From positions 8,027 to 72,026 of the forward strand of contig JBDHBD010000021.1 of assembly GCA_039587755.1 (NCBI GenBank): DNA of 64,000 nt. The letters run 5' to 3'. Every line of letters starts with the position of its first letter. Within the stretch, counting starts at the first letter, position 1. Origin of the DNA: Gemmatimonadota bacterium. GTDB taxonomy: Bacteria; Gemmatimonadota; Gemmatimonadetes; Palauibacterales; Palauibacteraceae. Position numbers and translations under genes: made by a program. Under the pieces are notes generated by a model. That model did not search any database. It was not told the origin of the DNA and saw only the letters and a list, made by a program, of their open reading frames with translations. Positions 36,475-44,712 of the stretch are shown here, one piece after another.

Positions 36475-38283
36475 TCAGCTCGGCCAGAAGACCGGGATCA
36501 GAAGCGCCGCCGTGATCAGCAGCAGGATGTTGAGGAGCGTTCCCACTCGGGCGAAGTCGGAGAATCGGTACCCACCCGGTGTGTAGATGAGCAGGTTCGT
36601 CTGATACCCCACCGGCGTGATGAACGAGGCGGAGGCCCCGAACATCACCGCCACCAGGAGGGCGTAGGGGTTCATGCCCAGATCGGTCGCCGTGAGCAGA
36701 GCCACCGGGGTGAGTACTACCGCGGCTGCGGTGTTCGACATCACCGCCGTGAGCACTGCCGTGACCGCGTAGAAGGCGGCTATTGCCGCCGTGGGACCAT
36801 ACGGGGCAAGCCAGGCGGACACCCCCTGCCCCAGCCACGACGCAGCCCCCGAGCGGTCCATCGCGATCCCGAGCGGAATGAGTCCGGCGAGCAGGAAGAT
36901 GACCGACCAGTCGAGGTCTCGATAGATCTCTTTGAGGCGCACGCAGCCCGTGAACAGCATCACGAGCACGCCCACGAGCGCCGCCTTGAGGATCGACCAC
37001 ACGCCGATTCCCGCCACGCCGACCACGGCACCCATGATCAGCAGGGCCACGAAAGCTCGCGGCCGGTTGGTCGGCGGGTGCTCGACCTCGGCCAGCGGCA
37101 CAATCCCCGTCTGGTCGGCCAGCGAATCGAGCACGGCAGCGGGTCCGTGCACCAGCAGGATGTCGCCCACGTCGAGCTCGATCTCCGCCAGCTGGGCCGT
37201 CTCGACGGGCCGCCCGTGATGCTGGATCGCCAGCACGGTGGCGCCGTACTGCTGGCGGAAACGGACATCTCGAAGCGTACGTTTGGCGAGCGGAGAGCCG
37301 GGCGACACCATGACTTCCACCAGCCGGCCTCCCTCGTGCTCCAGCTTGAGGGACTTGCGGGCCCGCTCGGCCGGCGTGGCCAGCTTCTGCAGCCGTGCGA
37401 CGTCCAGCAGTCGGTCGCGATCACCCTGGACGAACAGGATGTCGCCCGCCTCGACGAAGCGACGCGCACCGGGAGCGGGAATCGAGCGTTCGCCACGCAG
37501 GATCCCCAGGATGGTCACACCAAACCGCTCCCTCCAGTGGAGACTTTCGACGGTGCGACCCGAGACGGGCGATCCCTCGAGCACCTCGAGCTCCGTCAAG
37601 TACCGTCGCACATCGTATTTGCGTGACAGATCTGGCGCCCCGGTGCGGCGCGGCAAGAGAAGGCGACCGACGGTGAACATGTAGACGAGTCCGACGGCCA
37701 GGTACACGAGGCCCAGCGGGGCGATCGAGAAGATGTGGAGCGCGTCCAGACCGCGGCTCTGCGCCATGCCCCACACCACCAGATTCGTGGAGGTGCCGAT
37801 CAGCGTGACCGTGCCCCCGAGAATGGCCGCGAAGGACAGAGGCATCAGATAACGGGAGGGCGCCTCCTGCGCCTGCTGGGCCAGCCCCATAAAGACCGGC
37901 AGAAAGACCACGACGACGGCCGTGTTGTTGAGAAACGGAGACACCGCTGCGACGACCACGCAAAGCACGAACAGGCGCATCACCGGGCCACCCAGCCGTG
38001 CGGTGCGGGCCCAGCGGCTGACCCCGCGCACTGCGCCCGTCTTCACGAGCCCTAGCCCCAGGATAAGCATGGCGGCGACCGTCACCGTCGCCGGACTGCT
38101 GAGTCCCGCCAGCGCATCTTCGGCCGAGATCACCCCAGTAACTAGCAGGACGACCGGGATCGCGATAGCGACCTGATCGATCGAATAGCGCTCCGTGATG
38201 AAGAGGAGGAGTGCGACCGCCAGGACCGCAAAGACCAGTGCGATCGAGAAGCTCACGGCTGCTCCTCGCTCGGGTCGACCCAC
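36475..38283 (-). CDS. SLC13/DASS-family anion:Na+ symporter with central tandem TrkA-C domains
   Basis: Two hydrophobic halves each with an SNT/SxN hairpin motif (…GTSTNLVVWG…, …GYQTNLLIYTPGGY…), separated by a ~200-aa soluble region with two TrkA-C-like repeats. Start may be an internal GTG. Confidence 0.7.
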   Translation of the reverse strand: MGRPERGAAVSFSIALVFAVLAVALLLFITERYSIDQVAIAIPVVLLVTGVISAEDALAGLSSPATVTVAAMLILGLGLVKTGAVRGVSRWARTARLGGPVMRLFVLCVVVAAVSPFLNNTAVVVVFLPVFMGLAQQAQEAPSRYLMPLSFAAILGGTVTLIGTSTNLVVWGMAQSRGLDALHIFSIAPLGLVYLAVGLVYMFTVGRLLLPRRTGAPDLSRKYDVRRYLTELEVLEGSPVSGRTVESLHWRERFGVTILGILRGERSIPAPGARRFVEAGDILFVQGDRDRLLDVARLQKLATPAERARKSLKLEHEGGRLVEVMVSPGSPLAKRTLRDVRFRQQYGATVLAIQHHGRPVETAQLAEIELDVGDILLVHGPAAVLDSLADQTGIVPLAEVEHPPTNRPRAFVALLIMGAVVGVAGIGVWSILKAALVGVLVMLFTGCVRLKEIYRDLDWSVIFLLAGLIPLGIAMDRSGAASWLGQGVSAWLAPYGPTAAIAAFYAVTAVLTAVMSNTAAAVVLTPVALLTATDLGMNPYALLVAVMFGASASFITPVGYQTNLLIYTPGGYRFSDFARVGTLLNILLLITAALLIPVFWPS

Positions 38284-39326
38284 ATGGCGAGCGCCCGGAT
38301 GCGCCAGTCACCCCCGTCCGACTTCATCACGGCCACGTAATGCCCCAGCTCATCCCGCCGCGGACCCGCCCCGCACGCGCAGACGTAGCGGCCGTACGCG
38401 TAGGCCAGCTCGCCACGCGCTGCGAAGTCCACGATCGAGGTATGGAGGTCACCGGATTCCTCGATAATGCGCTCCAGCGTCGGGTGGACCTGCGTCCGTC
38501 CGATGCGGGGCTCTTCCCCGGGGAGGAGGAGAAGCGAGTGCTCGGCGAAAGCCTCGACTGCGTCCTCCACCTCGTCGCGACGCCAGGCGTCCGTCCATTC
38601 CACGAGGGCCGTGTTCACGGCCGCAAAGGTCGCTTCCAGCCAGCCGCAGGACGGCTCCTGATCGCGGTTTCTGCTGCCTCGCCGGCGAGACGATCTCTGA
38701 CCCTGCTGACGCATCTCCCGCACACATCGGAGGGGGCCGCTCCAGATCCTGGCGGGCGTCAGCGTCCGAGCAGAGGCCCGGCCGCGCGACGCCCGAATCC
38801 CGGGGTTCGCACCAGGCTCCGGGATCACTACCTGGGCTCGAATGCCCCATTCACCGGACTTCTCGATAACAGTCAGGTGCCGTCCCGAGATCTCCGAGGC
38901 CGTGCTTCCGGCCCGGTACGGGTAGCGAAAGTCGCCGTACTGGTAGGCGATTCCCTCGCTGACATCGAAATCGGCCACACCGGCCATTGCCAACCCGGCC
39001 TTCGGCATCAAATCCTCGAAATACCACCCAATCGGACCGCGCCCCAGCAACGGGGAACCTCCATCCGGGACCAGCAGCGCTTCCTCCGCGTAGGTTTGAG
39101 CGGCCGCGTCGGCATCGTCGACCAGCCACGCAGCTCGCCAGTCGGCCATCAGTGGGCCGATCTCCTCCATGATGTAAGCGCGGTACTGAGCCTCGAGGGG
39201 GCCGACGACTCTCGCGTCGTCGCGACCCGGCACGACCTGCGCCCGGGCTGAGCCGCTCGCGAGCGGACCTGCGGCAAGGGCCATGACGACCATGACGACG
39301 AAGCCGAGCTTTCTGCCAAGCTGCAT
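38253..39326 (-). CDS. secreted protein with two NTF2-like/SnoaL-like (DUF4440-type) domains
   Basis: Signal peptide, then two repeats of a ~130-aa NTF2-like fold pattern; function unknown. Confidence 0.4.
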   Translation of the reverse strand: MQLGRKLGFVVMVVMALAAGPLASGSARAQVVPGRDDARVVGPLEAQYRAYIMEEIGPLMADWRAAWLVDDADAAAQTYAEEALLVPDGGSPLLGRGPIGWYFEDLMPKAGLAMAGVADFDVSEGIAYQYGDFRYPYRAGSTASEISGRHLTVIEKSGEWGIRAQVVIPEPGANPGIRASRGRASARTLTPARIWSGPLRCVREMRQQGQRSSRRRGSRNRDQEPSCGWLEATFAAVNTALVEWTDAWRRDEVEDAVEAFAEHSLLLLPGEEPRIGRTQVHPTLERIIEESGDLHTSIVDFAARGELAYAYGRYVCACGAGPRRDELGHYVAVMKSDGGDWRIRALAMWVDPSEEQP

Positions 39327-39549
39327 TCAGGGATCCTCCAACGAGACGACGATCGACCGGACCCACCGTTCCACGGGCTTGTCTTAATAGGTGAGCCGGA
39401 CCGGACGCGAGTCAATGACCAGCGCTGGCAGTCCGTCGTGCTCCTGGCCATGCGAACCGCCTGCAGCGGTCCGTCTTGCGGCCGTTGCCGTCCGCCCCGC
39501 AGGTTGGCGCATCTTTATAGCAGCCACACCCCAGCCACAGAGGGACGTC

Positions 39550-40029
39550 ATGCTCAAACGTACGCTGCTCGCGGCCGCCTTTGGTGCCCTGCTCACAGTC
39601 CCCGCTCCCGCCATCAGTCAGGAGGCCACCTGGGAAGTGGTTAGGCAGACGATCCGCGACCGGTACGAGTACAACAGAGACAACCTCTCGGCCGATCCGA
39701 ACGCGTACTCGAGCGAGGGAGCGATCGAGTTCTGGTCAAGTGGCGGCCTGGTCCAGTGGGTTCCGGGCGATGCCCCGGCCGATCAGTACGACGCGTTCAA
39801 CGTCTATCCGAAGCACATCTGGGTCACGATGCTGGCTGACGACCAGGTGGCCGTCGCGAACTTCTACGCGGAAGGCTCCTTCCAGCCCAAAGGCGGATCG
39901 GCGGTGACGGACTACCTGACGCGAGTGACTCAGATCTTGGTCATGGAGGATGGCCGGTGGAAGGTGCGCTCCTCGCACTTCTCACCTCTGATGGGCGGGT
40001 CGGGTACCTACCAGAGAACGCTCGACTAG
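39550..40029 (+). CDS. secreted NTF2-like/SnoaL-like protein
   Basis: Signal peptide MLKRTLLAAAFGALLTVPAPAIS; ATG 39550 with GAGGGA RBS; ~140-aa cone-shaped-fold pattern. Confidence 0.45.
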   Translation: MLKRTLLAAAFGALLTVPAPAISQEATWEVVRQTIRDRYEYNRDNLSADPNAYSSEGAIEFWSSGGLVQWVPGDAPADQYDAFNVYPKHIWVTMLADDQVAVANFYAEGSFQPKGGSAVTDYLTRVTQILVMEDGRWKVRSSHFSPLMGGSGTYQRTLD

Positions 40030-40048
40030 GACGCTCTACCTGGAAGGC

Positions 40049-40082
40049 AAAGCCCCACGTCGCTCACGCGCCGTGGGGCTTT
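40049..40082 (+). terminator. intrinsic terminator hairpin between convergent genes
   Basis: AAAGCCCCACG-N12-CGTGGGGCTTT followed by a T-rich run. Confidence 0.5.
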
Positions 40083-40102
40083 CTGCTTCGTGGCCCTGAC
40101 CG

Positions 40103-43100
40103 TTAGCTTCCGATCGCGCGACCGGGTGTCCAGGGGGCTCCGGCGGCCTCCAGGGCTTCCTCCAGGAGGCGTATTTCGTCGGTCGTCTGGCGAAGACCGG
40201 TCTCGACTTCCTCCAGCTGGTCGGCCGCGATCTCGAGGCTCGATCGGAACGTCGCTGTGGGCGGCTGGGTCGTCCTCCAGTGTCCCGTGGCCACCTGTCC
40301 GATCCGTCCGAGGATCGAGGGTCTCGAGGGCTCGTTCAGCCGTCCGCGCACGCGGTCGCCCATGAGGCGCACGGACAGATCGGCCAGTCGGTCGTCGAAT
40401 CGAGAGACCTCCGTGAGCAGGGTCGCGTCGGCGTCCGGCGTCTCCAGGACGGCCTGGCGCATGTGGGCCAGACGGGTCCGCGCTTCGCCCACCAGCTCGG
40501 ATGCCCCCATGGCCCGCCGCTGCAGCTCGGCCGTCTGTTGCTGGAACGTCAGAGTCTCCACCGGGTCGCCCGCCGGCAGGCTGTGCTCCTGGAAGTCTCT
40601 CACTTCGAATGCCCTGGGCTCCGCCAGAGCACGGAGCTCTCCGTCCACCAGGCGACTCATTTCCACGGTGTAGGTGCCCGGGGCGACCATGGGACTCGTA
40701 AAGTCGTCGGCCCAGATGGGCAACGGGCCGGGGTCCAGGTCGATGGGCCGCGGTGAGGGACCCCGAAGATTCCAGGCGACCCGGTGGATACCCGGAGTGT
40801 CGGGGCCGGCGACGCGGCGGACCACATTTCCCCGAGCGTCCCTAACGGTCAGGATCAGCGTCGGCTCGCGCTCCCGACTCTCCTCGCGGAGGGCGTCCCA
40901 GCCGGGGAAAGGCACGTCTTCTCTCGCATCCCGGAGCTCTGCTTCCCGCGCCTCCCGGCGCTCGCGGGCCGTCTGGATTTCGTCGCGCAGGAAGTACGTG
41001 AAGACGGCGCCGAAGGCCGGGTTGGGCGCCGAGTAAAGGGCGCTTCCCTGATACGCCTTGTCCCGCGCACCCAGGTCCATGGATGGGACGTAGCGCAGCG
41101 CGTCACGCACCGGAAACAGCTGGGCTTCGGTCGCCAGAACCTGAGCGCTCATCCCCCTGAGCGGGCTGTAGTCGTCGAGGACGAAGAAGCCTCGCCCGAA
41201 GGAGGCCGCCACGAGGTCGGATTCCCTTCGCTGGATCTGGATGTCCCGCAGCGGGATCACGGGCACTCCGCCCGTGAGCTTGATCCACTGATTTCCCCCG
41301 TCCGAGGTGAAGAAGAGACCGAACTCGCTCCCCACGAACAGCAGATCGGGAACCACGTGGTCCTGCTCAACGGTCCACAAGATATGCCGCTCAGGAAGGT
41401 CGCCGGCGATCGACACCCAGGTCCGTCCCCTATCGGTGCTCTTAACGAGGTAGGGTGAAGAGTCGCCTTCCTTGTGGTTGTCGAGCACGGCGAACACGGT
41501 GTTCGGATCGGTCATGGAGGCCTGGATGTCGTTCACGAACGCCCGGCGCGGGATTCCTGTGATCGCGTCGACCGTCCGCCAGGTCTGGCCACCGTCCTCG
41601 GTTATCTGGATGAGCCCGTCGTCGGTTCCCACGTAGATGAGGTCTTCCACCAGCGGTGATTCGCTGATCGTCGTCGTGTTCCCGTACCACGACATGGCCC
41701 CGTTGTCGTACAGGGCGCTCACCCCGGGCACGTGATCGATCATGGGGAGCTCGTAGCGACCGCGACCTCGAGACAGGTCGCCGCTCACCGGTCTCCAGGA
41801 GTCGCCCCGGTCGTCGCTCCGCCACAGACGCTGCGAACCGAAGTACATACGCGCGCTGGAGTGCGGGCTGATCTCCAGGGGCGCATCCCAGTTCCAGCGC
41901 TCGGGCGCATCCGCGGGAGCCGGTTGGGGTTGGATGTCCAGCACCTCCCGCGTTCTTCGGTCGTAGCGCAGCAGGCGGCCGTTCTGCCAGGTGAGGTAGA
42001 TGAGGTCCGGGTTCTCCGGGTCGATCTCGGTGTCGTACCCATCTGCCCCGTAGGCCACGATCCAGTCCCGGTTCTGTATCCCGTGCATGCTGGCGGTCCG
42101 AGAGGGTCCGTACAGGGTCCCGTTGTCCTGCGTGCCACCGATGATGTGGTAGAAGGGTTCATCGTCGTCGACGGCCATCTTGTAGATCTGGGTTAGAGGC
42201 AGGTTGGATACGAACTTCCACGACGCTCCGTGATCGTAGCTTTCGTAGAGCCCCCCATCGGAGCCGGCCAGCAGGTAGTCCGGGTCGTCCCAGACGAAGG
42301 CGAGGGCATGGTTGTCACTATGCTTGTCCGGCTCGCCCAGCTCGCGGAAACTCCGGCCCCCGTCGTCGGTCACGTGCATCCAGACGTCCATCTGATAGAC
42401 GCGGTCGAAGGTGTGGGGTGAGGCGTAGATCTCCTGGTAGTAATGGGGGCCCGTCCCGTTGCTCACGTAGGAGTTCCGCTTCTCCCACGTCTCGCCGCCG
42501 TCCTCGGAACGGTAGAAGCCGCGGTCCTCCGGTTCGGCCTCGATCGTGGCGTAGATTACCTGCGAGTCGATGGGGGAGATGGCCAGGTTGATCTTGCCCA
42601 TCGGGCCGGAAGGCAGCCCGCGCGTGAGCTCGCGCCAGGTCTCCCCTCCGTCGCTGCTCTTCCAGATCCCGGATTCGGGGCCGCCCGCCAGGTGGGCCCA
42701 CACCTTGCGCCGCCGCTGATACGTGGCGCTGTACACCACGTCCGGGTCGGTGGGATCGCGTTCGAGGTCCGTGGCCCCCGTCTCATCGCTTACCGTAAGG
42801 ACGGGCTGCCAGCTATCGCCCCCATCCGTAGTCTGGTACACGCCCCGCTCACCACCGGAGCTCCACAGCGGTCCCTCCGCTGCCACCAAGACCACGTCGG
42901 AGTCCCGGGGGTCCACGAGTATCCTCCCGATGTGCTCGGAGGTCCGGAGGCCCATGTTCGTCCAGGTCTCTCCACCGTCCAGGCTCTTGTAGACGCCGTC
43001 GCCGTATCCCACGTGGCGACCGCTCACGTTCTCGCCGGTGCCGACCCAGACGACGTCGGGATGGGCGGGGTCGAGGCTGATCTCGCCGATGGAGTACGCC

Positions 43101-43387
43101 CCCTGATCGTCGAAGATGGGAGTCCACGTCGTGCCGTTGTTCACCGTCTTCCACACACCGCCCGAGCCCGCAGCTACGTACCACATGGCACGGTCTTCAG
43201 GGTGAATCTCGACATCGGCAATCCGTCCCGACATGAGGCCCGGACCGAGGCCCCGAAATCTCAGGCCCGAGAAGGTCTCGGCTCGCATGCCGGGGGCTGC
43301 ACCCTCCTGAGCTTCTCCCGAGGCGGGCCATCCGAAGATGGAGAGAACGGAAAGGGAGGCACACAGCCATCCCGCGATCGTTGGCAT
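40103..43387 (-). CDS. BNR/Asp-box repeat protein, sortilin/VPS10-like (glycoside-hydrolase-like beta-propellers), secreted
   Basis: Signal peptide, then many S-x-D-x-G-x-T-W Asp-box repeats (SLDGGETW, TTDGGDSW, SSDGGETW, SEDGGETW, TDDGGRSF, TEDGGQTW, STDRGRTW, TSDGGNQW) over ~1090 aa. Confidence 0.7.
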   Translation of the reverse strand: MPTIAGWLCASLSVLSIFGWPASGEAQEGAAPGMRAETFSGLRFRGLGPGLMSGRIADVEIHPEDRAMWYVAAGSGGVWKTVNNGTTWTPIFDDQGAYSIGEISLDPAHPDVVWVGTGENVSGRHVGYGDGVYKSLDGGETWTNMGLRTSEHIGRILVDPRDSDVVLVAAEGPLWSSGGERGVYQTTDGGDSWQPVLTVSDETGATDLERDPTDPDVVYSATYQRRRKVWAHLAGGPESGIWKSSDGGETWRELTRGLPSGPMGKINLAISPIDSQVIYATIEAEPEDRGFYRSEDGGETWEKRNSYVSNGTGPHYYQEIYASPHTFDRVYQMDVWMHVTDDGGRSFRELGEPDKHSDNHALAFVWDDPDYLLAGSDGGLYESYDHGASWKFVSNLPLTQIYKMAVDDDEPFYHIIGGTQDNGTLYGPSRTASMHGIQNRDWIVAYGADGYDTEIDPENPDLIYLTWQNGRLLRYDRRTREVLDIQPQPAPADAPERWNWDAPLEISPHSSARMYFGSQRLWRSDDRGDSWRPVSGDLSRGRGRYELPMIDHVPGVSALYDNGAMSWYGNTTTISESPLVEDLIYVGTDDGLIQITEDGGQTWRTVDAITGIPRRAFVNDIQASMTDPNTVFAVLDNHKEGDSSPYLVKSTDRGRTWVSIAGDLPERHILWTVEQDHVVPDLLFVGSEFGLFFTSDGGNQWIKLTGGVPVIPLRDIQIQRRESDLVAASFGRGFFVLDDYSPLRGMSAQVLATEAQLFPVRDALRYVPSMDLGARDKAYQGSALYSAPNPAFGAVFTYFLRDEIQTARERREAREAELRDAREDVPFPGWDALREESREREPTLILTVRDARGNVVRRVAGPDTPGIHRVAWNLRGPSPRPIDLDPGPLPIWADDFTSPMVAPGTYTVEMSRLVDGELRALAEPRAFEVRDFQEHSLPAGDPVETLTFQQQTAELQRRAMGASELVGEARTRLAHMRQAVLETPDADATLLTEVSRFDDRLADLSVRLMGDRVRGRLNEPSRPSILGRIGQVATGHWRTTQPPTATFRSSLEIAADQLEEVETGLRQTTDEIRLLEEALEAAGAPWTPGRAIGS

Positions 43388-43468
43388 GCAGGCGCGTCGC
43401 GCGATCATCTTTCCTTTACTCCCTTGAAGGCATTGGATCTGGCAATCTGCACAGCCGAAACGTGGCGC

Positions 43469-43978
43469 TCAGGGCTCTTTGTCACCTGACCGATTCAGCA
43501 TGGAGCGCAGGAGAATTACGTCCTGCCTGTCCTGCGGTCTATCGGCTGCTTCCTTGGATCGGATAATGGCAGCCAGGCTGGCCGCTTGTAGCTCGACCCC
43601 GAAGACACTGAAAAGGACGGCGTCCGTGGTCAGTTCCTCGTAGTCCCGGATCCCGGCAGGACTGAACGCCATGTCGATCCGCCCAGCTACGGTGACGAGG
43701 TTCCAGATGTCCGATCGGGCGAGCATCTCGGCCGTACAGTCGAAGGCGAGTCCGCCCGGGACGGTTTCGGTGAACACGCGGGCGTCAAGTTCTCGCAGCG
43801 CAGCAGCCAGACGCTCCAGGTTCTCGGGCGCACGCGAAGGGGTGATGTCGGCATCGGTCGTTACACGAGGGAAACCCTGCAGACGGGCGGCCAACGCGCC
43901 GATCAAAACGTAGTCGACATCGTGCCTAGCCAGCGTGGTGACGATCCGCTCGGGATCGAACGGCGCGATCTCAGACAC
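43469..43978 (-). CDS. minimal nucleotidyltransferase-fold protein (putative toxin/AbiEii- or MNT-like)
   Basis: …VDYVLIGALAARLQG…TTDADI… resembles the hG[GS]…DxD nucleotidyltransferase core; overlaps the upstream HTH gene by 8 nt. Confidence 0.5.
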   Translation of the reverse strand: MSEIAPFDPERIVTTLARHDVDYVLIGALAARLQGFPRVTTDADITPSRAPENLERLAAALRELDARVFTETVPGGLAFDCTAEMLARSDIWNLVTVAGRIDMAFSPAGIRDYEELTTDAVLFSVFGVELQAASLAAIIRSKEAADRPQDRQDVILLRSMLNRSGDKEP

Positions 43979-44297
43979 GCTCTGCGGCCGACTCGAAGCG
44001 GCTCAGATTTCGAAGCTCGAGCAAGCGGTCTTCGGGATCCAGTCGAAGGATCCGTTCGACGTCCGTCATCATGTGCGAGTCAAAGACGGGACCCGGAACG
44101 AGCTCTGCGCGCAATTCGAATCCGGACGCCTCGACCAGTCGCCCAAGAGTTGAAACCGTTGGGCTCGTCTGCCCGGCCTCGATGCGCGCGACGACGGACT
44201 GGGCGGTTCCAGCCCGTCGGGCGAGCTCTCGTTGACTCAATCCGGCTCGTGTGCGCGCTGCCCGGACCAGCTCCGCGGCTTGGAATTCAACGTCCAT
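43971..44297 (-). CDS. XRE-family helix-turn-helix transcriptional regulator (putative antitoxin)
   Basis: …AGLSQRELARRAGTAQSVVARIEAGQ…TVSTLGRLVEASG… is a canonical HTH_XRE; 108 aa. Confidence 0.7.
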   Translation of the reverse strand: MDVEFQAAELVRAARTRAGLSQRELARRAGTAQSVVARIEAGQTSPTVSTLGRLVEASGFELRAELVPGPVFDSHMMTDVERILRLDPEDRLLELRNLSRFESAAERV

Positions 44298-44305
44298 GAC
44301 AAAAT

Positions 44306-44323
44306 GATAGCTAATTAGCTATC
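44306..44323. promoter_or_regulatory. perfect 18-bp palindrome GATAGCTAATTAGCTATC, 9 nt upstream of the HTH gene start
   Basis: Read directly; an AT-rich island in GC-rich DNA. Overlaps the stop codon of the kinase fragment. Confidence 0.5.
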
Positions 44324-44603
44324 ACCACACAATCGGCCCGGGCGCTTGGGCGTCTTCGACCGGCAGCGGCGCTTGGCTGTGGGGGTGGGTGAGCTGTGCG
44401 GCGATCTCGATCTCCCGGAGGAATCTTTCCCCCGCCAGCGTGGCCGAGAGCTCGGGGTGGACAACCTTGATCGCGACCTGGCGGCCGTGTTTCAGGTCCT
44501 CGGCCAGGTAGACAGTCGCCATTCCGCCACGACCGATCTCGCGCATCATGGCGTAGCGATCGGAGAGGGCCGTCTGGAGGCGATCCATGGGCGCTGACAT
44601 CAC
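44322..44603 (-). pseudogene. N-terminal fragment of a Ser/Thr protein kinase (subdomains I-III only)
   Basis: …YAMMREIGRGGMATVYLAEDLKHGRQVAIKVVHPEL…ERFLREIEIAAQL… is the ATP-binding lobe only. The frame terminates after ~90 aa and no kinase remainder follows. Confidence 0.55.
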
Positions 44604-44712
44604 GACACCGCCTTGTGCGAGGAGGCGTCAGCTCACACTCGGGCCTCAGGAAAGGTGTTCGAGGCCAGGGAGCGCAGCAAGACGATTCGCCGGCCCGCGT
44701 CATCGTCCGCAG

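Noticed and set aside
36202-37626. 474-aa + ORF
   Set aside because: Antisense of the SLC13 transporter gene.
42443-43489. 348-aa + ORF
   Set aside because: Antisense of the BNR-repeat gene.
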